Source: an uncultured virus (IMG/VR IMGVR_UViG_3300027751_000012) | Lineage: Duplodnaviria > Heunggongvirae > Uroviricota > Caudoviricetes | DNA: 20,000 nucleotides | Virus record (IMG/VR): IMGVR_UViG_3300027751_000012 | Strand: one strand, 5' to 3' | Part shown: positions 1 to 8,948 of the stretch, one piece after another | Numbering within the stretch: the first letter of the stretch is position 1 | Layout of the letters: every line of letters begins with the position of its first letter | Notes under the pieces: generated by a model | The model's database searches: none | Told to the model about the DNA's origin: nothing | The model's input: only the letters and a program-made list of their open reading frames with translations | Translations under genes and position numbers: made by a program

Positions 1-2329
1 GTGTATACACAATTGGGTTGTCAACATTTAGTTGTAGATAATCTAGCCTATACGATGACTGACCTGAGCCGTCGGTTATTGTTTTAGCAAAGTACTGAAG
101 TGGAATATAGTCTTGCCAAGAAGCATCTATTGCAATATCTATGTCAAAATACCCCAGGTACTCCCTTGGTGATACCGTATAGCTTGCTGTATGAGTATAA
201 AGCTGACTAGCTATAAATGATGTTGGGTCTCCACCATCTAAAAAGTCTGTTATTTCTGTATCATATGCTCCACCAGATAGCTCTGTTGCACTATCATACT
301 GGTCGAAAACGTTTTCTATGTTTGCAACCGTTCCACTGCTATTGAAGTATTGAGATATTTTTTGTAGGTTTCTTTTTGTAGATAGTCCTACACGATATAT
401 CTTTCCAGTAAATGTACTTGAAAAATCTGGCTCATCTCCTACGTACATCTTTAGAGTACTCTTGGCTCCAAAGAATGTAGCAATGTTAGAACCATATACA
501 GAAGAGAACTTGTCAATATCAATGCCTGCAGTGGTGGCCAATCCAACTGTATGCTGTGACTCAGAAGTTACCGTTGTGATGTTAGCTCCATACTTCAAAG
601 TATATACAATTTCTGTACCAGTGATAGTAATGCTAAAAAAGTTTTTAGTTACAGAATCTTCAATTTTAAGAATGGTCTGGTCAGAGTCTTCTGTGGATCT
701 AAAAACAACGTAAAGTGCTTTAAGATCTTGCCTAAGCACTGCCAGACTATTGAAGAATAGATATCCTCCATCTGAGTTATCTAAGGATAGATTTATGAAC
801 TTTCTTGGGTCAGTGGAGTCGTTGTTAGCAGAGAGATTAGATTCTAGCCACGACTCTCTGTCTGTGTTATTAAGTATAATTTCTGGCAGAGGATATTCTG
901 GTGATGTTAAGACGTTATCATCAACAGATAGATTCTCTACGACTCCCTGGTTCCACCTACCCATGTCTGGGTATAAGTAGTTATTTGCGTATCCAGCATT
1001 TCTGTAGTCAATGATGGCTGAGGACCCTCCGAATGAGCTATTATTGCTTTCTGGGTACTCTACCCCCTGTCCATACACAAACCTTCTTTTTGCAACTATT
1101 TCTGGAACAGAGTATGGATATATGGCTGGTGACTCAATGTCAAAATACAATAGGTCGTTGCTCCCATAAAATCCTATCCAGTCCTGGTTTTTGCCATAGT
1201 AAAGAGATGAAAGAGTGTTATTGTCTGAGCTTGGCAGTGTCACCGTATCAGTATCTATCGTCATTGAAGATGTTAGCTCCCCGTTGATGAGCATTGACAC
1301 AGAGTTTCTAATTACTCTAATGTGAACCAACATTGGTCTTCCCCAGCTTCCAACAAAGTGAGACATTGTCTGGTTATCTAGCTTAAATGTTAGAAATTGG
1401 CCATCTACATATAGTCCGTCATCTGAACCTATTGGTCCTAAAATTCTTGTTGGAGTATAGGACGAAGTAGAAACCCGAATCCATGTCTCTAAAGTCATGT
1501 TCTTATTTCTACCAACATCATTTAAGAATCCGAAGCCTGGAAGTACGAGAGATGGTCCATAATCACTTTGTCTAATTTTAGTTGCATTTGATGAACCATA
1601 CACAATTGGTAGTCCATCGTTATACGACAACAAGCTGCTATCGGATGCTAGATAGTATCCAGGACTGCTTTTTAGACCATATGCAGGAGCTTCAATTGCT
1701 GGCTGGTCAGCGATGGCTATGCTTGGGGCGAGGGAATAAAGACTTGTTCCTGAAGTTCCAGAGGTTTTTGTGTTTTGGTTTTCACTCCACTGTGAAAATG
1801 AAATTCCATTAATAAACAATGCATAGTCCCCAATAGAAGAAGCATTGACCCTTACCACCAACCTTAATGGCTCATTTGTATCTGGCATGTCAAAGGTCTT
1901 AGATAAAAATGCCCAAACTCCAGTGCCAGATATTGAAAAGTTTTCCAGTACCTGTATTACACTACCATCAGTATATTCGTAGCCAATATCAATAGATGTG
2001 ATTGCTGAATTCTGAGAGTAAACGTACGTTGATATATTAAAGTTTTCTTTACTCTGATCCATCAAGACAGGGCTAATAATTCCATTACTAGTTGCAACTA
2101 ACTGATCTGATGCCTGGACGTCTAGCCTTACTGTTGGTGACTCTGTCGGTCTAGCTATACCAGAAAGGCTCTCTAGAGATGACTCCCCACCGCTGATTGA
2201 CCAGGAAGACATTTTTTTGTCAGCTGACGATAGGAAGGATAAGAAATCTACTTGGTCGTCAAGAGCCCACAATGCCACTGGGTGTTCTGAAAACACTTTC
2301 TCTGCATAAAGATTAGATGGTTGTGACAT
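1..2329 (-). CDS. Large virion/tail protein with a LamG/ConA-like region; runs off the window edge (>776 aa)
   Basis: Absent from the ORF track because it has no stop in the window. ATG at 2329 with AGGAG at 2334-2338. Translates MSQPSNLYAEKVFSEHPVALWALDD...; frame spot-checked open at 1200-1021 (YGKNQDWIGFY...AIYPYSVPEIVAKRRFVYGQG) and 58-2. MTLETWIR segment is LamG-like. Confidence 0.85.
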   Translation of the reverse strand, partial: MSQPSNLYAEKVFSEHPVALWALDDQVDFLSFLSSADKKMSSWSISGGESSLESLSGIARPTESPTVRLDVQASDQLVATSNGIISPVLMDQSKENFNISTYVYSQNSAITSIDIGYEYTDGSVIQVLENFSISGTGVWAFLSKTFDMPDTNEPLRLVVRVNASSIGDYALFINGISFSQWSENQNTKTSGTSGTSLYSLAPSIAIADQPAIEAPAYGLKSSPGYYLASDSSLLSYNDGLPIVYGSSNATKIRQSDYGPSLVLPGFGFLNDVGRNKNMTLETWIRVSTSSYTPTRILGPIGSDDGLYVDGQFLTFKLDNQTMSHFVGSWGRPMLVHIRVIRNSVSMLINGELTSSMTIDTDTVTLPSSDNNTLSSLYYGKNQDWIGFYGSNDLLYFDIESPAIYPYSVPEIVAKRRFVYGQGVEYPESNNSSFGGSSAIIDYRNAGYANNYLYPDMGRWNQGVVENLSVDDNVLTSPEYPLPEIILNNTDRESWLESNLSANNDSTDPRKFINLSLDNSDGGYLFFNSLAVLRQDLKALYVVFRSTEDSDQTILKIEDSVTKNFFSITITGTEIVYTLKYGANITTVTSESQHTVGLATTAGIDIDKFSSVYGSNIATFFGAKSTLKMYVGDEPDFSSTFTGKIYRVGLSTKRNLQKISQYFNSSGTVANIENVFDQYDSATELSGGAYDTEITDFLDGGDPTSFIASQLYTHTASYTVSPREYLGYFDIDIAIDASWQDYIPLQYFAKTITDGSGQSSYRLDYLQLNVDNPIVYT

Positions 2330-2343
2330 TTTTCTCCTACCTT

Positions 2344-2352
2344 ATTCTACCA
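2344..2352 (-). promoter_or_regulatory. Extended -10 promoter TGGTAGAAT
   Basis: TGn-TAnnnT 14 nt upstream of ATG 2329; same motif recurs upstream of many genes in the window. Confidence 0.65.
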
Positions 2353-2357
2353 TACTA

Positions 2358-3902
2358 CTATATTGATTTTTGCCACTGCGACCCATCATAGTAATATACT
2401 GTTCCACGTGTGTTCCAGTTACCGTTATAGAACATCATATCTTTTTCTTCCCAGATAGATCCATTGAAGACATATACCCTGCCTCCGATATCAGAGACTG
2501 TCATTGTGTATGTAGGTGTAGAAATATACTCGCTTGTGTTGTTATATGCTCTGATAGTGAAGACGTATGTTCCAGATGCTGTAAAAGATCCAGACAGTAG
2601 TCCAGTTGATACATTCAGTGTTATTCCAGGTGGAAGAGTTCCAGATACTGAGTAGTATGCAGCATCTATTGCACTGACAGAGTCAGAGTAGGCCTGCCCT
2701 ACTGAATAGTTTCCGCTTGAAACTGTCTGATCTGACCATACTGGAAAATAGTCACTCACTGTAAATGCTCTATCTATTGATGTTGCACCACCATCTGAAT
2801 TGCTTGCATAAAATCTTACAGTAAAAGATCCATAAGATGTTGGAGTACCAGATAATGAGTTTGTACCCAAGCTCAGTCCAGACACTAAAGATCCGCTGAC
2901 CACAGAAGAAGAGTATGTTATAGCTGAGCTATCGGCTATGGTTGCAGAAACTGAGTCATTGTAGTATGTTCCTCTACGAAGAGATGATCCCATGGATGAA
3001 TCTGACCAGGAAGGTATTGGGTAATATACGTAGCTACTTCCATTAAGTGGGGTTGATCCACCATCTCCAATTGCAGTTACTGACCAATAGAAAGTGCCAG
3101 ATTGGTTTGGTGTTCCTGAAAGGTATCCATTTGTTCCTCCAGTAGCCCAGGACGGCTTGCTGGTCCATGAATAAGAGTTTGTGTCGTACGCCTGAACCCT
3201 GTTGGAACTATTATATGCACCATAAGAATAATCACCGAGCGTTGTATCCCAGAAAACAGGTGCTGGTGTTGATATAGTCCACTGAGCATATAAAGTTTGT
3301 GTTGAGGTTACAGCAAAATAGCTGCCAGCCCCACCACGATAGCTTCCTCCAGATGCTGCACTGTACCATCCGTTAAATGTATATCCAGTTCTGCTGGGGG
3401 TGGGCAGGGTTACTCCATCTCCTGATCCAGCCCTAATAGATGATGTTGAAACAGATCCACCATTAGCGTCATAGCTGACGGTATATACATTGGCAAATGG
3501 AACGCTTAAAGACTGCGTCATATTTTGAGGAACAACGGAACTGGTTCCGCTACCATCTACAGAGACATCTACTGTCCAAGATTTTGTCCAGGTGCCACCG
3601 CTATTTGAGGCATAGTCAGTGTCTCTATCTACGCTCTCAACTAGAAGTAGCGTTGCATTGTAACTAGTACTATACTGTTGAGATGCTGACGCCAGGGTGA
3701 CGCTTCCAACCTTTATAGAGCTAGTTATGGTGTAGTTAGTAAAGTAGTTATTGCTTGGTGCAATAACATACGTTCTGACTGTAGTTCTTGCTGTAGGGCG
3801 AGGAGATCCGTTAGCATCTATAATAACAGTTGACCAGTCTGTTTTAATCTTATATCCACCAACACCTGCAGCTGATGTTTCGCTACCACTTGTTCCAGCC
3901 AT
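2358..3902 (-). CDS. Ser/Thr-rich adhesin-like tail 'head' protein: InlB B-repeat (Flg_new) domain plus ~3 putative Ig (He_PIG) domains
   Basis: YTVSYDANGGS...LPTPSRTGYTFNGWY...LYAQW (B-repeat); LSGTP..G.F/LPPGITLN.STGLLSG (He_PIG); C-terminal FNGSIW/YNGNW/YDGSQW motifs. Confidence 0.8.
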   Translation of the reverse strand: MAGTSGSETSAAGVGGYKIKTDWSTVIIDANGSPRPTARTTVRTYVIAPSNNYFTNYTITSSIKVGSVTLASASQQYSTSYNATLLLVESVDRDTDYASNSGGTWTKSWTVDVSVDGSGTSSVVPQNMTQSLSVPFANVYTVSYDANGGSVSTSSIRAGSGDGVTLPTPSRTGYTFNGWYSAASGGSYRGGAGSYFAVTSTQTLYAQWTISTPAPVFWDTTLGDYSYGAYNSSNRVQAYDTNSYSWTSKPSWATGGTNGYLSGTPNQSGTFYWSVTAIGDGGSTPLNGSSYVYYPIPSWSDSSMGSSLRRGTYYNDSVSATIADSSAITYSSSVVSGSLVSGLSLGTNSLSGTPTSYGSFTVRFYASNSDGGATSIDRAFTVSDYFPVWSDQTVSSGNYSVGQAYSDSVSAIDAAYYSVSGTLPPGITLNVSTGLLSGSFTASGTYVFTIRAYNNTSEYISTPTYTMTVSDIGGRVYVFNGSIWEEKDMMFYNGNWNTRGTVYYYDGSQWQKSI

Positions 3903-3910
3903 AGAATCCC

Positions 3911-4987
3911 CTAAGCTGTCTTAACCCAAATATCCCCAGATACCATGCCGCTTGTAGGCTGAGTAGATTGAACAAATAAAGACCTATTGTTAATCTTTGA
4001 GGCATTGCTTGCTGTACCAGTTAGGGAGCCAGTAATTGACGTAGCGTTTACGCTTGATGCTGATATTGCATTAGCAGATAGAGTGCCAGTAAAAGTTGGG
4101 TCTGCTAGCTTTGCAACTACTGCTTGGTCAATTGAAATTTGTGTTCCATTAACAACGATTCCAACTCCTGGCGTAACAGATAGCCCTCCAGCAAATTGCG
4201 TCATAGTTATACTATCTGTTCCTACAGTAAATGTGCTTGGATTATCTACTAAGGCTACATATCCAGCACCTGCATTAAGAGTTCCATATTTTACGAAAAG
4301 ATACATTCCTGGTATTTCGTCTGCTGTGTCGCAAAGACTACACCTTCTAAGAACCCATGGTGTTGATGATGATCCAGAGTCAAGCAGGACATAGCGACCA
4401 TTTTCTGCTGAATTTGTCTGATCTTTTACCAAAATTCCATCGTACTGGTTCCACCCAGTTGTCAAATCATCTAGGCCTGGCCACTCACCATTTGAGTTAG
4501 AGGTAAGGGTTGCACCAACACCAAGTGCACCGTTATCATACGTGGTATCTAGGGCAGTAGTAGTTGCTGCTTCAACAGCAGGTTTTGTTACGATTCCTGC
4601 TGCGACACTATCGACATAGTCTATAGTTGCTAGCCTGGAAGTATCTGCAATCCCATGAACCAATGTTGTGTCTGAGTTGTGGGTATTTAATTCTGTGTTA
4701 ATCTTAGCTACAGCATTAGCTAGCTGAGTTAGTGGCACTTGGCCATTGGAATCCAATGATGCAACTCCATCGTTTTCTCCTACAGCTGATGCAAGAAGAA
4801 AGTCTGCAAAGCTACCACTTTCAAAATAAGGAAGGTCTGTCCATGTAGTAGAGCTATCGCCCATTTTAAATCCAGTAGTACCGTCTGGCCTGATCTCAAC
4901 ACCAAGCTCTCCAAATTCCAGAACTGGGTTAGCGGTAGTCCACTGCTCGGCGGTTCCACGCCTAAGGGTAATTCTTTGAACTGTCAA
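3911..4987 (-). CDS. Tail fibre protein with Mtd_N/hyaluronidase-N-type anchor domain
   Basis: TTG start with AGGAG SD; N-terminal LRRGTAEQWTTANPVLEFGELGVE...FKMGD...WTDLPY; ILVKDQT..AENGRY fibre motif; ends VQSTQPTSGMVSGDIW. Confidence 0.85.
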   Translation of the reverse strand: MTVQRITLRRGTAEQWTTANPVLEFGELGVEIRPDGTTGFKMGDSSTTWTDLPYFESGSFADFLLASAVGENDGVASLDSNGQVPLTQLANAVAKINTELNTHNSDTTLVHGIADTSRLATIDYVDSVAAGIVTKPAVEAATTTALDTTYDNGALGVGATLTSNSNGEWPGLDDLTTGWNQYDGILVKDQTNSAENGRYVLLDSGSSSTPWVLRRCSLCDTADEIPGMYLFVKYGTLNAGAGYVALVDNPSTFTVGTDSITMTQFAGGLSVTPGVGIVVNGTQISIDQAVVAKLADPTFTGTLSANAISASSVNATSITGSLTGTASNASKINNRSLFVQSTQPTSGMVSGDIWVKTA

Positions 4988-5016
4988 GGTTAGTTCTCCT
5001 AATAGATATCTAACCT

Positions 5017-5025
5017 ATTATACCA
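5017..5025 (-). promoter_or_regulatory. Extended -10 promoter TGGTATAAT
   Basis: Perfect TGnTATAAT upstream of the SD of 3911..4987. Confidence 0.7.
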
Positions 5026-5163
5026 TTAGTTGAAGGACATTTTGCTTTTTTCATGCTTGTCTAATGGTCCACAAGCATTACAGCTATAAGCCTTAATTCC
5101 AGTCACTGGGCATTGATTTATTGATACCTTATGCCCTCTTAACTTACATAGAAGTGCTTTCAT
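5026..5163 (-). CDS. Small Cys/His protein, 45 aa, DUF1660-like putative Zn-binding
   Basis: Below the ORF-track cut-off. MKALLCKLRGHKVSINQCPVTGIKAYSCNACGPLDKHEKSKMSFN; ATGA overlap with the oxygenase stop; fills the gap exactly; C-x3-GH...CxxCG pattern. Confidence 0.75.
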   Translation of the reverse strand: MKALLCKLRGHKVSINQCPVTGIKAYSCNACGPLDKHEKSKMSFN

Positions 5164-5825
5164 CGAAGAGGAGTCCAATGCTGTTCATCCTCTGGGCCTA
5201 AACCTTCTAATGAAGATAGCGGCGATACATCATAGGCTACCGTTATTCTTGGTCCGTCCCAGTCCCAGTCGGCCATGGCGTGTGAGTGCCCCATCTCTGA
5301 CAATATGGCCTTATTATTTACGTTGTTGTTAATCTTGTGCTCACCGAATGTATAGTAGTGAGTTTCAGATGGTTCTGCAGATACGGCGTAGTAGCCATGA
5401 AAGAATGGTGCACCAACAGGTGAGTGATCATGCCAGTCTAGTCTGCCCTTTTTAGAGTAGTTTACATTAAACCAACCCTGAATCATGTACTGTTGTTCAT
5501 CAAAGTCTATCTCATAGTATTCACAAGCTTCATGAACCATTTCGCTGACTGCATCGTAAAGCTTTCGTATTCCTGGAATGTAAAATTGAAATACATTATA
5601 CTGTCTCCACTTCATAGTGGATACACTATTAGATTCTTTCCAGTAGTCACTATCTGTCACTGGAGTTACCCCCTCAAGCTCTGCACGCTCGATTCTTCCA
5701 TACCTATCTAGCAAAGCTTCTGATAACTCTGTAAGGTTGTTGCCCACATTTTTCTCGAAGAACCTATGTGGTTGGGAAGAGTGACTCTTGCTTATTCTTG
5801 GGTCATACTGAGGATGCTCCTGCAT
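5160..5825 (-). CDS. Putative 2OG-Fe(II)/cupin-fold oxygenase (TIGR02466-like)
   Basis: WFNVN...WHDH...FHGYYAV...HSHAM...RITVAYD follows the DSBH HxH/D...H...R pattern; GGAGG SD. Confidence 0.7.
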   Translation of the reverse strand: MQEHPQYDPRISKSHSSQPHRFFEKNVGNNLTELSEALLDRYGRIERAELEGVTPVTDSDYWKESNSVSTMKWRQYNVFQFYIPGIRKLYDAVSEMVHEACEYYEIDFDEQQYMIQGWFNVNYSKKGRLDWHDHSPVGAPFFHGYYAVSAEPSETHYYTFGEHKINNNVNNKAILSEMGHSHAMADWDWDGPRITVAYDVSPLSSLEGLGPEDEQHWTPLR

Positions 5826-5858
5826 TCCTCCTCCATTCTACTGTAATTATATAAAACA

Positions 5859-5867
5859 ATTATAGCA
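5859..5867 (-). promoter_or_regulatory. Extended -10 promoter TGCTATAAT (second TATAAT at 5846-5851)
   Basis: Motif match in the intergenic gap upstream of the oxygenase. Confidence 0.6.
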
Positions 5868-5877
5868 TAAAGGTTTA

Positions 5878-6723
5878 CTATACAGCACGTACTCTTGGCG
5901 TAAAGGAAAATGGAACAAAGTTGAATGGTGTAAATGCAAAGTTTCCAAATGGAACAAAGTTGAATGGTGTAAATGCAAAGTTGTTGAATGGTACAAAGCT
6001 AAATGGCACGAAGCTAAAGTTTCCGAATGGCACAAAGCTAAATGGTACAAAGCCAAAGTTTCCAAATGGTACAAAGCTAAATGGAGTAAATCCAAAAGTA
6101 GTTATGCTTGCTGAATTTGCAGAATAAACTCCAACACCATTGGCGTTTTCAGCACGTACCTGATAGGTTTGAGCAGTTCCACCCTCTTGATCTACGGTAA
6201 CAGAGTTAGATGTTGTAGTTCCAGTCTTTCCATCTGAAGATGTCCATGTATACTGAGTTATGGCACTACCACCGCTTGTTGGAGTGGTCCAGCTTACAAC
6301 ATCCTGGCTTGCTCCAGTAACGTTAGTTCCAGCTGATGGTACTGGTGTGGTAACTGTTGGTGCCGAAGGAGTTGCTGGCACTGTTGTGACTACAAGCTGA
6401 CCACCATCAGCTACAGGAGAGTCGCCTGAGGCATTTGTAGCAATCATTGTAACAAATGTGTCTACGGCAGAAGCTAGGCCCTCTACGACGATTGGAGAAG
6501 AAGATCCAGATGCAGTCCTAGTTGGCTCACCACTCTGTGTTGCTGTAACTGTATAGGATGTTGCAGCAGGAGAATTAGCAGGCAATGAGAAGCTTACGGA
6601 AACCGCACCATTGTTGTATGGACGGTCAGTCACGTTGCTTGGTGTTACGCTAATGGGTGCCAGTGGCTCCAAAAAGTCGTTAGAGCTCTGTGAGTTTGCA
6701 CCCAGATTTTTTCCAATTGCCAT
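5878..6723 (-). CDS. Virion-associated protein with two fibronectin type III domains and a C-terminal Phe/Pro-rich repeat
   Basis: VSVSF...SYTVTA...VEGL...ATNASG and VSW...GGSAITQY...YQVRAENANG FN3 signatures; AGGAG SD; FxF[TV]P repeats at the C-terminus. Confidence 0.85.
   Translation of the reverse strand: MAIGKNLGANSQSSNDFLEPLAPISVTPSNVTDRPYNNGAVSVSFSLPANSPAATSYTVTATQSGEPTRTASGSSSPIVVEGLASAVDTFVTMIATNASGDSPVADGGQLVVTTVPATPSAPTVTTPVPSAGTNVTGASQDVVSWTTPTSGGSAITQYTWTSSDGKTGTTTSNSVTVDQEGGTAQTYQVRAENANGVGVYSANSASITTFGFTPFSFVPFGNFGFVPFSFVPFGNFSFVPFSFVPFNNFAFTPFNFVPFGNFAFTPFNFVPFSFTPRVRAV
5896..6096 (-). repeat. 39-bp (13-aa) coding tandem repeat, FxF[TV]P-FxFVP-F[GN]N, about 5 units
   Basis: 67 aa with 11 FxF[TV]P pentapeptides; exact 36-bp duplication at 5908-5943 and 5947-5982. 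Confidence 0.95.
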
Positions 6724-6753
6724 GCTAATTATCTCCTGTCGTAATTTTAGTTA

Positions 6754-8409
6754 TTAAGCTGATGTGTCACCAAAGACTAGCCAGTTGTTAGCTCCACGCT
6801 TTAGCAGAGTAACAGATGACCACTGTGCACGTAGCTTTAGCCCTGGAGTTGCATTAACTGTAACTCCTACTTCACCTGCGATGGTGACCTGGCCAGTACC
6901 AGTCTGAATTACATCTAGAGTAGTACCTACTGGGAAGTCTAAAGTTGCATCTGTTGGAATCGTCAAAGTTGTTGCAGATGAGCTGTTTACCTCAACAATT
7001 GTATCACGCTCTGTAGTTGCAGATAGTGTGTATGATGCGGTCTTCTCAGAGATTGGGGTAATTGAAGGCACTCCAACCTTTGTCTGGGTTCCATCTGTGA
7101 ACACAACACCAGCCACCTCAACATTGTTGACTGCTAGGTCATCGAGTGATCCTTGACCAAAGTTAATCGTTGTGCTTGGCTCATCTGTAACGCCCTTGAA
7201 TAGTTTCCAGATGCCCTCAGAAGAGTCACGGACAATACCTGAGTGTTGGTAGATTCCGTCATCAAACGAACCTACAAGACCTAGGTCTGCAGTGTTTCCT
7301 GTTGAACCCTCACCAATGTAAATCATTGGGTCATTTACGACTAGGTCCTGTGTGCTAACTGTGGTGGTAGTACCAGATACTGTGAAGTTTCCAGCAACTG
7401 TAATATCTCCATCAAATGTCTGGGCTACTGCACTTAGGAGTGCTAGGTCTGATGTATCAGCAATTCCGTGAACATTTGTGGTGACTGCAGCGTGAGCTAC
7501 AATCTCTCCATCTGCGTGCCCCTCAGCAGCTGTTTGTGCTGTTGCTGCAGATCCTGCTGCATCGTAGTTAGAGGCTAGTCCATCTGCATATGTCTGTGCA
7601 GCTGTCTGAGCTGTGGAGACATCTGAAGTAGTTGCCAAAAGTGATGTATCTGCAATACCGTGGACAGATGTTGTCTCTGCATTGTGGCTTGTTACTGCTG
7701 AGGATGCTGCTCCTGCCGAATCATAGTTGCTGGCAAGACCATCTGCGTAAGCTTCTGCCGTTGCCTCGGCTGCTGCCTGGGCATCGGAGACGTTAGTGGT
7801 TGTTGCAAGTACAGTCGTGTCTGCAATACCGTGAACATTTGCAGTTAGTACGCTAAATGCAGCAATAGCGGCATCTCTGTCAGTAACTTCCTGGGCAATT
7901 GCTGCATCGGCATCGTCTACTCTTCCAGAAAGTGTAGTAACGTCTGCTTCTACAGCAGTAATTTGCAAGTTTGCAGAGTCAATGTTTGACTGTAGGGTTG
8001 AATCGGCTACCTCTAGGTCAGCAACAGCGTCTGCAACTTCTGTGTCAGTATAGCCGTTTGCATCTAAAAGGGTTTGTGCAATTGACCCGTTAATAGTAGT
8101 GGTTGCATCTGCCAAATCCTGAGTAAGGTTTGCAATAGAAGTTGTGTTTCCACCAACAACAGAGAAGAAGTCTGGGTTATTGTCGATAGCAGCGGCTAGC
8201 TCTTCTAGTGTATCTAGAGTAGCTGGGGCTGCTCCCAGGATTGCCGAAGCATCTGAGAATGCCTCAATGTTGCTCCATGTATTGGTGCCATCACCAATCT
8301 TAAACTTGCCAGTGTCTGTCTCGTAACCGAACTCACCTGCTGCAAGGATCGGGTTTGCAGCTGTCCATTCTGCAGCTGTACCTCTACGCTGTTGCATTCT
8401 CGTTGCCAT
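6754..8409 (-). CDS. Tail fibre protein, Mtd_N-type anchor, Ala-rich coiled-coil shaft
   Basis: MQQRRGTAAEWTAANPILAAGEFGYETDTGKFKIGDG; APATLDTLEELAAAI fibre motif; three VHGIADT repeats; C-terminal domain FPVGT...QTGTGQV...NNWLVFGD. Confidence 0.85.
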   Translation of the reverse strand: MATRMQQRRGTAAEWTAANPILAAGEFGYETDTGKFKIGDGTNTWSNIEAFSDASAILGAAPATLDTLEELAAAIDNNPDFFSVVGGNTTSIANLTQDLADATTTINGSIAQTLLDANGYTDTEVADAVADLEVADSTLQSNIDSANLQITAVEADVTTLSGRVDDADAAIAQEVTDRDAAIAAFSVLTANVHGIADTTVLATTTNVSDAQAAAEATAEAYADGLASNYDSAGAASSAVTSHNAETTSVHGIADTSLLATTSDVSTAQTAAQTYADGLASNYDAAGSAATAQTAAEGHADGEIVAHAAVTTNVHGIADTSDLALLSAVAQTFDGDITVAGNFTVSGTTTTVSTQDLVVNDPMIYIGEGSTGNTADLGLVGSFDDGIYQHSGIVRDSSEGIWKLFKGVTDEPSTTINFGQGSLDDLAVNNVEVAGVVFTDGTQTKVGVPSITPISEKTASYTLSATTERDTIVEVNSSSATTLTIPTDATLDFPVGTTLDVIQTGTGQVTIAGEVGVTVNATPGLKLRAQWSSVTLLKRGANNWLVFGDTSA

Positions 8410-8474
8410 AATTTACTTTCTCCTAATGGGGTTTTCCCAACTATACAATTATATACTGCTTTTTAAAACTATGA

Positions 8475-8930
8475 TTAGTTGTACTGATCTACAACCAACC
8501 CTCCGCTCCAAGTGTCTGCCCAGTCTGTGTCTGTAGCAGAGCCAGCATCTGTTGTCCAGTAGTATGTGCTTGTTGGTGTTCCAGCATCCATAAATATAGA
8601 TACTATAAGTCCAGTGCCATCAATTGCTGTGTCGTGAATGTGGTCTTGCAGTACTGATGCATCATCTAGCGTTGCAAGTGCAATCCACTGCTCACCACTA
8701 AAGACATGAAGCCTTTGAGACACTGTGTCTAGCCACATCTGACCATTTTCTGGGGTTGATGGTGCTGTGCTATCAACAACTGGCAAGCTAACAGAATCTA
8801 CATAACCTTTTGTTGCAATGTGCGAGTTAGCTGTTGGAGCTGACGATACAGAAACTGTTCCCTGTATTACAGCATTTCCATTTACGTAAATTCCATTTTT
8901 GACTTTAAAGTCTTTATCTGATATTGCCAT
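8475..8930 (-). CDS. Small tail-fibre-associated structural protein (paralogue of 8949..9296)
   Basis: DFKVKNG N-terminus, HIATKGYVD, STAPSTPENGQMWLD...VFSGEQW, HIHDTAIDGTG. Confidence 0.75.
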   Translation of the reverse strand: MAISDKDFKVKNGIYVNGNAVIQGTVSVSSAPTANSHIATKGYVDSVSLPVVDSTAPSTPENGQMWLDTVSQRLHVFSGEQWIALATLDDASVLQDHIHDTAIDGTGLIVSIFMDAGTPTSTYYWTTDAGSATDTDWADTWSGGLVVDQYN

Positions 8931-8948
8931 TAATAACTAGTCTCCTAC

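Noticed and set aside
462..1812. Four + strand ORFs (462, 750, 1033, 1582)
   Set aside because: Antisense shadows of the long minus-strand gene 1..2329 that the ORF track missed.
5847..6127. Repetitive alternative ORFs (HLALY repeats on -, NGTKL repeats on +)
   Set aside because: By-products of the 39-bp repeat; synonymous variation preserves the FxFxP frame.
3911..8409. Diversity-generating retroelement suggested by Mtd_N-type domains
   Set aside because: No reverse transcriptase, no TR/VR pair differing at adenines and no C-type lectin tip in the window; Mtd_N is only an anchor.
8427..8439. Small hairpin TGGG-N5-CCCA in the leader of 6754..8409
   Set aside because: Only a 4-bp stem with no U-tract; too weak to call.
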